Assembly: GCA_964016885.1 (NCBI GenBank)
Contig: OZ024742.1
Location: forward strand, 290,904,001-290,968,000
DNA from: Eledone cirrhosa
Lineage: Eukaryota
Reading direction: 5' to 3'
DNA length: 64,000 nucleotides
Shown: positions 1-11,910 of the stretch, one piece after another
Numbering within the stretch: the stretch's first letter is position 1
Layout: every line of letters begins with the position of its first letter
The notes under the pieces: generated by a model
What the model was told of the DNA's origin: nothing
Seen by the model: the letters and a program-made list of their open reading frames with translations, nothing else
Databases searched by the model: none
Made by a program: the position numbers and the translations under genes

Positions 1-1053
1 GCAAGGTACATTTATCTCCTAGCTTCTCTCCTGGCCACTTGATAGTGCTCTCTACTTCCTCCATCCTGCTATACTTTCCAAGCCTGCTTTTTGGCCTTGA
101 TTGTCTCTTCCACCTTACTGTTCCACCACCAGGTTACTCTCCTCCTGCCAATAGGTCTGCTCCAGCCACAGATTTCATCCGTTGCTTTCAGCAGGTTCAC
201 TTTCAAGAATTGCCACTGTTCCTCTATATCACGTCTCTAATTGCTTTTCCTTATTGTCAAAGGCATCAAGTAATAAGCTTTTAAATTTGTCACTGGCTAT
301 GGGGTCCTTCAACTTCCATATTCTTCTCCTCAAGGTAGGCCTCCTCTGTCATCGAGTACGTCTAATCCTGACTATGAGGCCACTAACTACTAGGCTATGT
401 TGGGAGGTGCATTCTTCACGGGGGAGGGATGTAGTGTTTACAACAGACATTTTGTCCCGTCTTCTAGTAAGGATATAATCTATCTGGCTGGCGTGTTCCC
501 CTGATCTATAGGTGATCAAGTGGTTTTCACGTTTTTTGAAGTTTGTGTTACAGATAGTTAGGCCATTTGCGTCACAGAATTCCAGGATTCTCAAGCCCTC
601 CTCATTTCTATTTCCAACTCCATAGCGCCCATGGACTCCATCATAGCCATCACTATGTTGTCCAACGTGACTGTTTAGATCGCCAGCAATAATCAAATAG
701 TCACTGTCGGTTATTTGGGAGGTAGTGTGCATTAGCATCTCATAGAACCTGTCCTTTATAACATCAGGTAGACCAGATTGGGGTGCATAAGCAGATATTA
801 TTGTCACAGTAGTTCTATTTAGAACTAGTCTTAATTCAATTATTCTGTCATTCACTCTATTTACGTCAATTACCTTATCTACCCATTTTTCAACTAACAT
901 AATTCCTACACCACCCTGTCCGTTGTCATTTCCCACCCAGAAAAGTTTATAGCATCGTTTTTTACCCACGATGAGTCTGGCAGACCCCCTCTCCACCTAG
1001 TCTCTTGAATACAACAAACATCAACTTCTTTACGTTCAAGCATCTCTACAACC
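1..1053 (-). mobile_element. RTE-clade LINE fragment (AP endonuclease region)
   Basis: ORF 349-996 with ISAYAPQ, AGDLNSHVG, N.EG.RILEFC and SQIDYIL motifs; homologous to 14150-15200. Confidence 0.9.
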
Positions 1054-1134
1054 TGATATATATATGCATATATACATATACATATACATATAATATATAT
1101 ACATATTTACACACATATATATATGTATATGTAT

Positions 1135-1470
1135 ATCATCATCACCGTTTTACGTCCGTTCTTCCACGCTAGCATGGGTTAGACGGGTTGTCCTGTTGTG
1201 GGCAGTGTCTAGTCGGCTGACCATGCCTTGTTCATATGGGAAGTGATTCTGGCTTTATTTCTACAGCTCGATGCCCTTCCTAACACCAGCCTCATTTACA
1301 GTGAGTGCTGGGTGCTTTTTTTCCGTGGTGCCTACACATCCACTTTACAGTGTGGGCTGGGTGCTTTTTTGCTGTGGCACCTCCACGACCACTTTACAGT
1401 GGGAGGGTGTGGGGGCATATTGTCTATATGCTTCAGCTTCAGCTTGTACCATGGGAGGTCGGGTCTTTTT
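1135..1470 (-). mobile_element. RTE 3'-UTR fragment
   Basis: (CAT)n tail plus shared motif gctagcatgggttagacgg...gatgcccttcctaacacc seen in all RTE 3' ends in the window. Confidence 0.75.
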
Positions 1471-2039
1471 TTATTATTGTGTGACGCAATACTTAGGGTA
1501 GTAGAGTGGGTAATAGGAAAATGTTTAACCCCGACGGCAGAGCTCAAGCTGTTTTGACGGCTATTTCTGGACTCAGAAATAGCCGTTGATGGTTAAACAT
1601 TTTCCTATATATATATATCAGGGGTGGAGAGTCCGTGCATGCAATGCATGCAGTGTATGTGTTATAGAATCTTGAGCTGATCAATTGCGTCGGTTGAAGC
1701 CAGCAGAATTTTGGTTGCTTACTAAAACATATAGACACAAAAAAAGATAACACACACACACACACACACATACACACAAACACACGACAGCTTTGGGGCA
1801 AGCAGAATTTTGACTGCTTACTAAATCCTAGACACATAAAAAGATAACACACACACACTAGATAACACTACATGCGGCTTTGACCGGGAGGGTCATTTAG
1901 AGAGAATTTTTTTTTTGGAGGGGGGGGGGAGGTAAAGCTGCACAGCCCCACTTTCCACCATGGCGATTGCACTGCATGCCCTGCTTTCCAGGTTACCCTT
2001 CGCCACTGATATATATGTATGTATGTAAAAGGTAAACAG

Positions 2040-2745
2040 AAATAACAACACAATCGGTACAGTATATGGAAGGTATATATTAGCTTAACGCTTGATGTAG
2101 CAGGAAGAGGGTCTTAGCGTTTCGGATGCTAATCCTTCATCAGAATGAGAAATAAAATAGATTAAGGGGACGGGCGGGATGGAATTGGAAAAAATGTCTT
2201 TAGATGAAAATAATAGGTCCATTCATGTTGACATCTCTCTTGCAAAACTATTGGTGCTGGCGTTTTGTGTATGATTTGTTTTTTAGAAAAGTGGATGATG
2301 GCGCGTGTCTACCTGAAATGGAAAAAAAAACGTTTTGTAAAAAGAGCTATACTTGAGCACGTGTGTAAGCATAAGTGTGTGTGTGTTTGTGTGTTATAGG
2401 TCCATATGAAGCTAAGAAGAGATATGTGTGTATATGTGTGTGCATGTAAGTACAAAGCTATGAGCAAAGAGAAAGCGATAGGAATCTAGGGGTGTGATAA
2501 TGGACAGGGTATTAGAGAAATTGGGGAGGTGAGTTGAGTCCAAGAGGGGAATAGGACGCAAGACAGTGAATCAGACTTTGTTCAGTCCTGTGATCCATGA
2601 TGTAAAAGGACACCCAGGACTGAAACATGTAGGGAAGAATGACCAGGAGAACAGAAATGACGGGTGACAGGAGTATGTCCCTCAAATGTTTGGCAAAATG
2701 GTCCGCCATGGGCGTCCCATTTGTCCGATATATAAAGACCCGCAT
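2040..2745 (-). mobile_element. Penelope-like element 3' remnant (GIY-YIG end and terminal repeat)
   Basis: Degenerate peptide ADHFAKHLRDI...EQSLIHCLASYSPLGLN resembles PLE GIY-YIG C-termini; hammerhead-like CTGATGA...GAAAC at ~2143-2119 on the minus strand. Confidence 0.6.
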
Positions 2746-2748
2746 GTA

Positions 2749-2781
<33 letters not shown>

Positions 2782-2811
2782 GTATATCTATGTATATATA
2801 TGTATATGTAT

Positions 2812-3118
2812 ATCATTTCATTTTACGTCCGCTTTTTCCCTGCTTGCAAGGGTGGGACGGGAACTGATTTTGGCTTGATTTCTACAGCTGGATGCCCTTC
2901 CTAACACCAACCTCATTTTACAGTTAGTGATGGGTGCTTTTTTGCAGTGGAATGATATGGACCCCAGTCCCTATCATCTCATTTCTACAGCTGAGTAAAC
3001 TGGAGCAATGTGAAATAAAGTGTCTTGTCTAAGGAAACAACACATCACCCGGTCTGAGAATTGAACTCACAACCTTTCGATTGCAAGGCCAATGCTCTAA
3101 CCACTAAGCCATGTGCCT
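2812..3118 (-). mobile_element. tRNA-headed SINE with an RTE-derived 3' tail
   Basis: A box TGGCTTAGTGG and B box GAGTTCAATTC; the tail matches RTE 3' UTR; near-identical copy at 16290-16633 (+). Confidence 0.8.
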
Positions 3119-3124
3119 CTTTAT

Positions 3125-3369
<245 letters not shown>

Positions 3370-3454
3370 ACATGTAGTCCAGAATTAGCCGTCAAAACGG
3401 CTTGAACTCAGCTGTCGGTGCCTTACTGGTTCCTATATATATATATATATATAT

Positions 3455-3894
3455 ATAAGAGGCTGTTAAAGTTTGCTTGAAGCATCGTGAAATGTGTAAA
3501 ATATGTAGTTTAGAAAGCCACAGCAATGCAGATGGGAAATCTCGAGGTAGGAAGTGAATGATGGCTAGGAGAAAGTGAAAATTGAGAGAGACAAAGATGA
3601 AAACAAATCAAAGGTAGAAGGGTTACCGTAGTGGAGATTTAATCCCAATATTTCGGGCTCACGCCCACCAGCGGGGGAAAGTTCCAAAAGGGGGGGAACA
3701 GGCTAAGCCGGAGAAAGTTGTGATGTCGTTAAAACAGGAATGCCGTTATAACGGGATTAAATCTCCACTACGATAACCCTTCTACCTTTGTTTTGTTTTC
3801 ATCTTTGTCTCTCTCAATTTTCACTTTCTCCTATCCATCATTCACTTCCTACCTCGAGATTTCCCATCTGCATTGTTGTGGCTTTCTAAACTAC

Positions 3895-3900
<6 letters not shown>
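3455..3900. mobile_element. PLE terminal-repeat fragment with a ~145-bp inverted duplication
   Basis: 3501-3646 is the reverse complement of 3753-3900; the sequence is homologous to the PLE terminus at 24975-25265 (gagattt.cccat.tgcattgt..ggcttc, atgcttcaagcaaact). Confidence 0.7.
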
Positions 3901-3934
<34 letters not shown>

Positions 3935-4614
3935 TTTGGACTGGAAACCCCCCCCCCCCGTCCAAACCCATGCAAGCATGGAACACGGACGTTAAACGTT
4001 GATGATGATGATGATATATATATATGTATATATGTATGTATGCATATATATATGTATATGTATTTATGTCAGGTCACCAGTTGGTGACTAAACTGGCAAC
4101 CCCACCAAGGTTTCTTGGTGAGGAGGGTGACTTTGGACATCCTGCAGGACTAAAAACAAAACATGTCAAAGGGCAAAGGAGCTCTTAAGAGTCAATGGTC
4201 ATCCAAAATCACCGGGAGCGATGACCCCTTAGCCTTTGTCAAGGCAGAATTCTAGAAGGAAAACTCTGATATAACACCTGCAACCCTGATGGTATCCAAT
4301 GATGTTGACTTGTTCTTTTTGGTAAATATCATTTTGGTTAAGAGAGTGAGACTGGCTTTGTGCAGTGCCTTTGCTCACTATAAAAGCTTCACAGCACACG
4401 CATTGCTTTATATCTGGAGATCTCTCTGCACTTGTCCTCACATGGTACCATGGGCCCAGCACTATGTGTCAATAATTGTCACAAGTATAGTGTTTGTACC
4501 AGAGTTTTCAAGTCGCTGGCTGGACTAAAAAGTGACACTCGTTCAGCGCATCGGTAGGGGTTCTCCTACATGGATATAAAGTAGTGGCCGTACTCGAAAA
4601 CGAGTTGGCAGCCA

Positions 4615-4651
4615 ACATGTATATGTATAGATATATATATATATACATATA

Positions 4652-4701
<50 letters not shown>

Positions 4702-5380
4702 CATATATATATGTATGTATGTATGCATATATATATGTATATGAATAGATATATATATATATATATATACATATATAGTTGTGTATAGTGGTAGCTATGG
4801 TGCTTCCATAGGCGGTATGCCAAAATTAGCACTTTTTTGTGTGTAGGCAGATGTGCATGCGTGCAGGTGTATGCATGTGGAAACACGTATGCGTATGCAT
4901 GTGTAGATGTATGTATATCGGCATATGCGTAGGTATTTGTATGTATATGTGTGGATGGGCGTACGCATGTTAAGTTGTCCCTTTTCTTTTCTTTTGTGTA
5001 TATATATGTGTGTGTGTGTGTGTGTAGGTACGTGTGTAGATAATGTTTATCTACGTATGTGTATTCATATGTATGTGTGGACATGTGTGAGTATACATTT
5101 ACGTATATATGTGTGTGTGTGTATGTATGTGTGTGTGTATATATATATATGTGTGTATGCACATGTGTGTATATATGTATGTATGTGTGTATGTATATAT
5201 GTGTGTATGAGTGTGTATATATATATATATATATATAGAGATATATATATATATATATAGATATATATATATATATATCTGTTATTTTAATAAATATTTG
5301 CTCTACGGTTCTTATATATTTGATATATATTTATCCTTATCGAGCCCTCTTTGGATTTTAGTCTTCAAATTTATTATTAT

Positions 5381-5432
<52 letters not shown>

Positions 5433-5480
5433 GGTTGCGTGAATGTGTATGTGCGCGTGTATGTATGTATATATATGTAT
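4615..5480. repeat. Compound (TA)/(TG)/(CA) low-complexity region
   Basis: Seen directly. Confidence 0.9.
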
Positions 5481-6164
5481 GTTTGAGTAGGATATGCTTT
5501 TCCTAAGTGATACAGAGCGCGACGTAAACAACCGTCAGAAGGCTTGTGCCGATATGTATCAAAAGTGGGTGTGACTGGGTCCGTGGAAGTGAGGGAGAGA
5601 GGGTATGTGAGTATATATACTGCGATGTATGTATGTGGGGGTGTGTGTGTCTGCGCATGTAGGCGTACAAGTGTGTATGCATAGATGGATATGTGTCTGC
5701 ATCTGTGTGTGTTTTTATGTGTGTATTCTAGTACATGTGGGTGCTTAATCTGAAATGTGGACAGACGTGTGAAGTACTGAACCCAGCATGACTCCATTCA
5801 AATGTGTCGGACGGAAAATGGTTGATGAACTGTGTGGCAGCAGATACTGACCAGAACTTGTGATGATGTGGAGTATAAACAGCCAATAGCATGACAAGAG
5901 TGGAATTAGGGTTTTTTGAGGGTGTTGTTTTTATGATAACACCCCAGTGATAAAATTTGCTCCTGAGGTAACAGCCAGATCCATACAAGGACCATGACTC
6001 AAGCTACATCCCGGCGAAGCATGTATGTATGTATATGTATATATATATGTATATGTATAGATATATATATATACATATATATGTATGTATGTATAACTAT
6101 ATGCATATGTATAGATATATATATATACAAATATATATATATATATATGTATATATATGTATAT

Positions 6165-6520
6165 CATCATCATCATTGTATGTCCGCTTTTCCCTGCTTG
6201 CAAGGGTTGGACAGCATCTCTCCACCCGTCACAGTCCTTCGTCATCTCCTCAGTGAATTTCAACGATCTGAGGTCTGCTCTCACTACCTCTACTGCGTCT
6301 TCCCTCCACTGGGATTTCTTGGCACTTCTTCACCCCTTCGGTCATCCTCCATGCGCATCACATGTCCATACCATCTCAGCCTTCTCTCTTGCACACCACA
6401 ACTTATCCCTCTTATACCCAGTTTCTTTCTCAACTCGTCTATGCTTGGTCGTTCATACCCATTGACATTACACATGTAACGGAGCATACTTGCTTTATTT
6501 CTCTCCAGCCGTCGCATATA
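6165..6520 (-). mobile_element. RTE LINE 3' fragment (RRLERNKASMLRYMC...RLRWYGHV)
   Basis: RTE C-terminal RLRWYGHV motif and (CAT)n tail. Confidence 0.8.
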
Positions 6521-6990
6521 TTCTTCAGCAGCCATCCGGTTGAGGCCAAGCTGTTTTTGCTACACATTCTATCTCCAGCTTGTGTTGGTTGCAAGAGGGA
6601 GTTCGTTGCTGCTGCCCTTTCGTTTCCCTCGTGCCGTGATGTGGGCTCATCCGGGATCCTGGATAGCAGGGTGTCGAGATGTTTCTTGAAAACATCCACT
6701 TCCACACTATGCAGATTTATCAAATGCCTCGGCAGCTTGTTGAAGAGTTGAGGGCCTTTGAACCCCATGCTATTGCAATATCAGCTCCTTATTCTAGATG
6801 TGGAAGACAGGACCTTTGGCACCACACAGTGACATCCCGTTTTGGGGATTGGTCCAGCTCCCAATGCCAAAATTTGGTGCTAGTCCCTCCAGGATTTTCC
6901 ATATGTATATTACTGCGTATCTCTCCCGTCTTCGTTCCAAGGAGTAGAGGTTCAGTTCTTTTAGCCTCACCAACTAGCTTATCTCTTCAT
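6520..6990 (-). mobile_element. CR1/L2-group LINE 3' fragment
   Basis: C-terminal motif GPQLFNKLP...VFKKHLDTLLSRIPDEP, preceded by a frameshifted LYSLERRRERY-like motif. Confidence 0.7.
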
Positions 6991-7807
6991 CGTCGCAATC
7001 CTCTTGGTGTAGCGATGTATACATGAATGTATGTATAGTATATTTGCCAATATACCGTATGTTTAATTAAAAACATTTAGTAGACCATACGCTATCAGTT
7101 TTAAAGTAGTGATTATGTCACTTACTTCTTTTCGGTGAAAGAAGGGAGAGAAGCTGACAGTCTATTTCACGCTGGTTGGCGTTCATCAAAGCCACGTACT
7201 CCCCTGCTTCTGCCGAAAATTATAGAAGCTGGATTCTTATAGAATTCCAGTAATAATCAGGAGCTGATTATACAGAGTGATTGCTGGTCCTTTCAAAACT
7301 TTCAAAACTATTGGTAAAGGTCTGACAAACCTGTTTTATGTGGCTGTTTCAAGGACTGGATTTCAAAATATCTCTACATTTTAGCCAATCAAAGAAAGAC
7401 AAGAAATGTTGTTTACCCCGAAGTTCTTCATTAGGAAAGTATGAAATATATTTTCATGTATTTATTATGTTAAAAAATAAATAACTAAACTTTGAATTTC
7501 TAATTTGAAAATAATGCTTTACACAAAAATGAAATGATCAAGTTTTGAATTGATATTTAAAAAAAAATATTTACAAGAAATAAAATAAGAATAAGAATAA
7601 GAATAAGATTTAATAATGTAATTTTGATTTGATATATTACAAAAAATAATGTTTTCCAATTTTTCATGCATTACATTTTACATTGAGTAATATTGAAATG
7701 CAGAGTTTTTGTCCATAAATTATATCACTGATTTAAAATCAATCATCATTTTCTTACAAAGAAAATGTGAAATGCAGCAAGGCACGGGTATTTTGGCTAG
7801 TGTGTAT

Positions 7808-8398
7808 ATCATCATCATCATCATCATCATCAACGTTTAACGTCCGTGTTCCACGCTTGCATGGGTTTGGACGGGGGTAGTCCCACTTGAGGCAAGAGTG
7901 ATTGTCTTGCTCGCATAGGACTGTCTGGCAGATTTTCTACAGTTGGATGCCCTTCCTAACACCAACCACATTTACAGTGTGGGTCTGGGAGGTTTTTACC
8001 GTGTTGCCTACACGGCCACATTACAGCGTGGACTGTGTGTTTTTTTGTCGTGACACCTACACGATCTCGTTTGTTTCGGCCTGGATGGCGCGGCACCAAC
8101 ATAACTTTACATGGAACGGGGTGGTGTGGATGGGGTGGGGGTGGTGGCGGGACGGGGTGTAGTTTGTTAGAGATGCCTACTGGCAAGGCGGGTCTTCTCT
8201 GTTACTGAGTACCGCCAAAGGTCACGGTCCAGTGACATTGTCTTGGAGAGGTGTAAGTGTATGAGGTCGGAGTTTATCAGCTCATCCCATGTTTTTCTAG
8301 GTCTGCCTATTCCGTGGCTACCGTCTATCTTTATTGCCCTGCACTTTGTAATACAGCTATCGACTTTCATGCGCATCACGTGTCCATACCAACGCAGA
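7808..8398 (-). mobile_element. RTE 3' fragment
   Basis: RWYGHVMRM...GRPRKTW motif plus 3' UTR and (CAT)n tail; highly similar to 19225-19915. Confidence 0.85.
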
Positions 8399-8573
8399 TA
8401 TATATATATATATAAGCACAGGCATGACTGTGTAGTTAAGGAATTTGCCAGCCTTTGGGACTGCATTATTCTCATTTAGATTACTCTGAAGTCTCAGTAG
8501 GACACTGTAGGTGCCGTTCTAAATTTCCTTCTTCATAGCCCATTTCTTTAATTGAAAGACTTTGAATCACTGA

Positions 8574-9385
8574 CATCATCATCATCACTGTTTTACGTCC
8601 GTTCTTCCATGCTAGCATGGGTTAGACGGGTTGTCCTGTTGTGGGCAGTGTCTGGTCGGCTGACCATGCCTTGCTCATACAGGAACTGATTTTGGCTTGA
8701 TTTCTACAGCTGGATGCCCTTCCTAACACCAACCTCATTTACAGTGAGTGCTGGGTGCTTTTTTGCCGTGGCACCTCCACGACCACCTTGCAGTGGGAGG
8801 GTGTGGGGGCATATTGTCTATATGCTTCAGCTTGTACCCATGTGAGGTCAGGTACTCTGTATTACTGCATGACGCCAGAGGTCACGGTCGTGTGTCATCG
8901 CCTTTGAGATGTGTAATCGGGTAAGGTCGGCTTTTATCACCTCATCCCAGGTCTTCTTGGGTCTCCCCACTCCACAGTTTCCATTGACTTCTAGTGCTCT
9001 GCACCTTTTTATGCAGCTGTCATCCTTCATACGCATTACATGTCCATACTAACGCAACCGCCTCTCCTGCACACAGCATTTGATTCCTCTTATGCTCAGT
9101 CTCTCTCTCAATTCATTTATGCTTTGTCGTTCGCGTATATTACTATTACACATCCATCGGAGCATACAGGCTTCGTTTCTTTCTAATCTACGTAAGTCTT
9201 CCACCTTCAGTGCCCAGGTCTCACTACCATGTAACATTGCTGTTCAGATACACACATCATACAGTCTGCCTTTCATTTTGAGGGAGAAGCCTTTTGCAGT
9301 TAGCAGTGGCAGTAGTTCCCTGAACTTCTTCCATCCCGTTCTTACCCTAGTTATTCTACTTTCTGAACACCCACCTCCGCTGCTA
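8574..9385 (-). mobile_element. RTE 3' fragment
   Basis: MLHGSETW...RLR and GRPKKTW motifs; similar to 49990-50640. Confidence 0.85.
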
Positions 9386-9783
9386 ATTCGGCTGTATTGT
9401 TTTGAATCTTACCTATTTCTTAATATTATCAACCAGCTACCATGTGGACTGCTTTGTTAGAACTTTGCAGTTGACATCAGGAAAGTATTGCCTGCCTGAT
9501 AGAAATTTCAGACCAAATAACTACTGCATTCCATCATCTGCTTTGAGGATATCTTTGTCCTTTCTCCTATGGGGACCCTAAAAAGTGTCATAGGTACTGT
9601 CATTTCTCAATAAATTAATCTACCAACTCCTTAATTATGCTGCAAAACATGCTCCTAAAATTTGTTTGTAAATTAATTTTTGTTTTTAAACATCAAACTC
9701 TTCTACCATAAAATGTCTATACAAAGAAAATAATTTTATTTTATTTTTTTATTTTTTTATTTTTTTATTTTTTTATTATCTAG

Positions 9784-11319
9784 TTGTGCAGGAAGTGTGT
9801 TGCAGAGAACATTGGTTGAATGTTGTGGAATTATATGTTCAACCATTCCGGAAACAACCTGTGAAAAATACCAACCCTGCAACAAATATGCATGAAATTC
9901 TTTTACCTAGTAAATTCCACACCCTTTTCTTCAAACAACATGAAGACATTGTTAATGATAAACTGACACATTTGGCTAAGGTGATTTGGAAATGTTGTCG
10001 GTTAAATAAGTTAGTTTTAGAATACAACGAAGAAAATTCTGAGAAAATCCATCAATATTTGCAAGATTTATTAAGCTCCATCACTGTTGAAGTTGTTGAT
10101 ATTGCAGCCTCTATTTTCAACAACATAGTTGAATTGTTTAAGAAGAAACTAGATATGAAATGTATTTACTTTGACCATGAAAATTTCCAAGCCAATATTA
10201 TAGGATTTAATAAAAGCTGGGTGATTGAGAAGAAGAATTATCTTTTGAGCTTTCGTATACATGAGGATAAATTGAACATTCATGAAAAACATATTTTGTT
10301 AGGTCTTGATTATTTTGTTAAGATGGAAAAAGAATTTAACAGATTAGTAATCAAAGTTCATTTGGATAAACTTGTTTATGTAGGTGACAGTCCTCAAATA
10401 AATGAATGTCGACAAAAGGTGTCAGAAGCTGTTAAATCAATAAAAAGTTATAAAGTGTCTTTACCATTGAATACTGCAATGATTATCAATAAAAAACCTG
10501 TGAAGCAATATCTTATTGAAAAACTGAAAATTAAAATGTGTGTGGCCTCATGGGACATACATGATGATGATTCAATCACAATTTATGCAAGTGGAAAGAA
10601 AGATCTTTTAACTTTGGAAAAAATTATTAAAGAAACTTTTGTTTCTCATAGCTTAGATTTCAAAGAGAAAATTAAAGGTACTTCAAATTATGAATTATGG
10701 TTTAAATTCCTTGAAAATCTGAATGTAGAGTACCTAGATTTGTATTTTATCGAGAAAGATGATTTGGCATTTGTGACTATTGACAAAATAGCTAATGATA
10801 TAAAAAACAAAATTGATAACTTTATAAAACCTTTAACATATGAATCTTGCATATCAATAAATCAAAACCACTTTTTATATCTAAAACAGTTCAATGAAAA
10901 AGATATCAACGAATTTTGTGAGAAATCTAAAATCAAGATCATATTATTCAAAGATAATCAATTACATTTAGAAGGAACAGAAAATGAAATTAAAAAAGTG
11001 GAAAATTATCTGGAATATTTAAGAAAGAATATTAGCTGGAGGGAAGAAGTATTTGAAATGTTTGGTTTTGAGGAATTTCTGAAGAGTGAAGAAGGAAGCA
11101 ATTTTTTAAATGAAATGCAGTTAAATACTAAGAGCATAATATCATTAGATCTAATTTTAAAAGATGAAACAGATGCAGTAGCAAGTTTTAAATACAAGAA
11201 TTGTACAATCAATTTAATTGAGGATGATATCACAACCTTGAACACTGATGCCATTGTTAATGCTGCCAATGGTAGATTGGAACATATTGGACGACTTGCT
11301 GCAGATATTGTGAAGAAAG
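9784..11319 (+). CDS. PARP14: PARP14-like exon: RRM tail, KH-like region and N-terminal ~45 aa of macrodomain 1
   Basis: Long polypyrimidine tract + TAG at 9781-9783; stop-free 512 codons ending in the macro motif DDITTLNTDAIVNAANGRLEHIGRLAADIVKKG; donor G|GTTAGT. Phase 1 to phase 1. Confidence 0.9.
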
Positions 11320-11344
11320 GTTAGTGTTAATATTTTATAATTAA

Positions 11345-11821
11345 CCCTTAATACCAACCTGCCCCAAACTACTTCTGGTCCTATACATCCATTTTAAAGA
11401 GTTCCTATTTAAATTAATATCTTTCAGCATAATTTTATATAAAAACTATGTTAAGTTACTATCTTAGTAATGAAATAAGTTTAGTAAATCCCTCAAAATT
11501 TTTAATTAATTGACATATAAGATTCCCATTTAAATAAATATCTTCCAACATAATTTTCTATAAGATCTGTATGTTAAATTACTATCTTAGTCATGAAATA
11601 ATTAATAATTTTGGCAAATCCCTCAAACTTCTTCATTAATTAGCTGAAATACAGGGTTCCTTTTCTCATTAATATCTTCTAAAGTATTTTTTATATATAA
11701 ACCATATGTTAAGTTACTATGTTAGTAATGAAATAATTAAACATTTTTGTAAATCCTTCCAAATTCTTCATGAACTTATTGAAATAGAATGTATTTCATT
11801 GGAAATATGGCCATGAAAGGG
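11345..11821. mobile_element. piggyBac-type MITE (AT-rich, internally triplicated)
   Basis: TTAA-CCCTT...AAGGG-TTAA termini; related sequence at ~46000-46317. Confidence 0.55.
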
Positions 11822-11910
11822 TTAACCTTTCACTAACAGCTGATTTTCCATAGTGACTGTTAACCACTTTTACCATCTCTAGAATATTTTACCCAATTTT
11901 TGAAGCTGTT

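Noticed and set aside
4072-4290. Possible HDV-like ribozyme or LINE 5' UTR
   Set aside because: Contains small hairpins and resembles RTE 5' UTRs, but I could not fit the nested double pseudoknot by eye.
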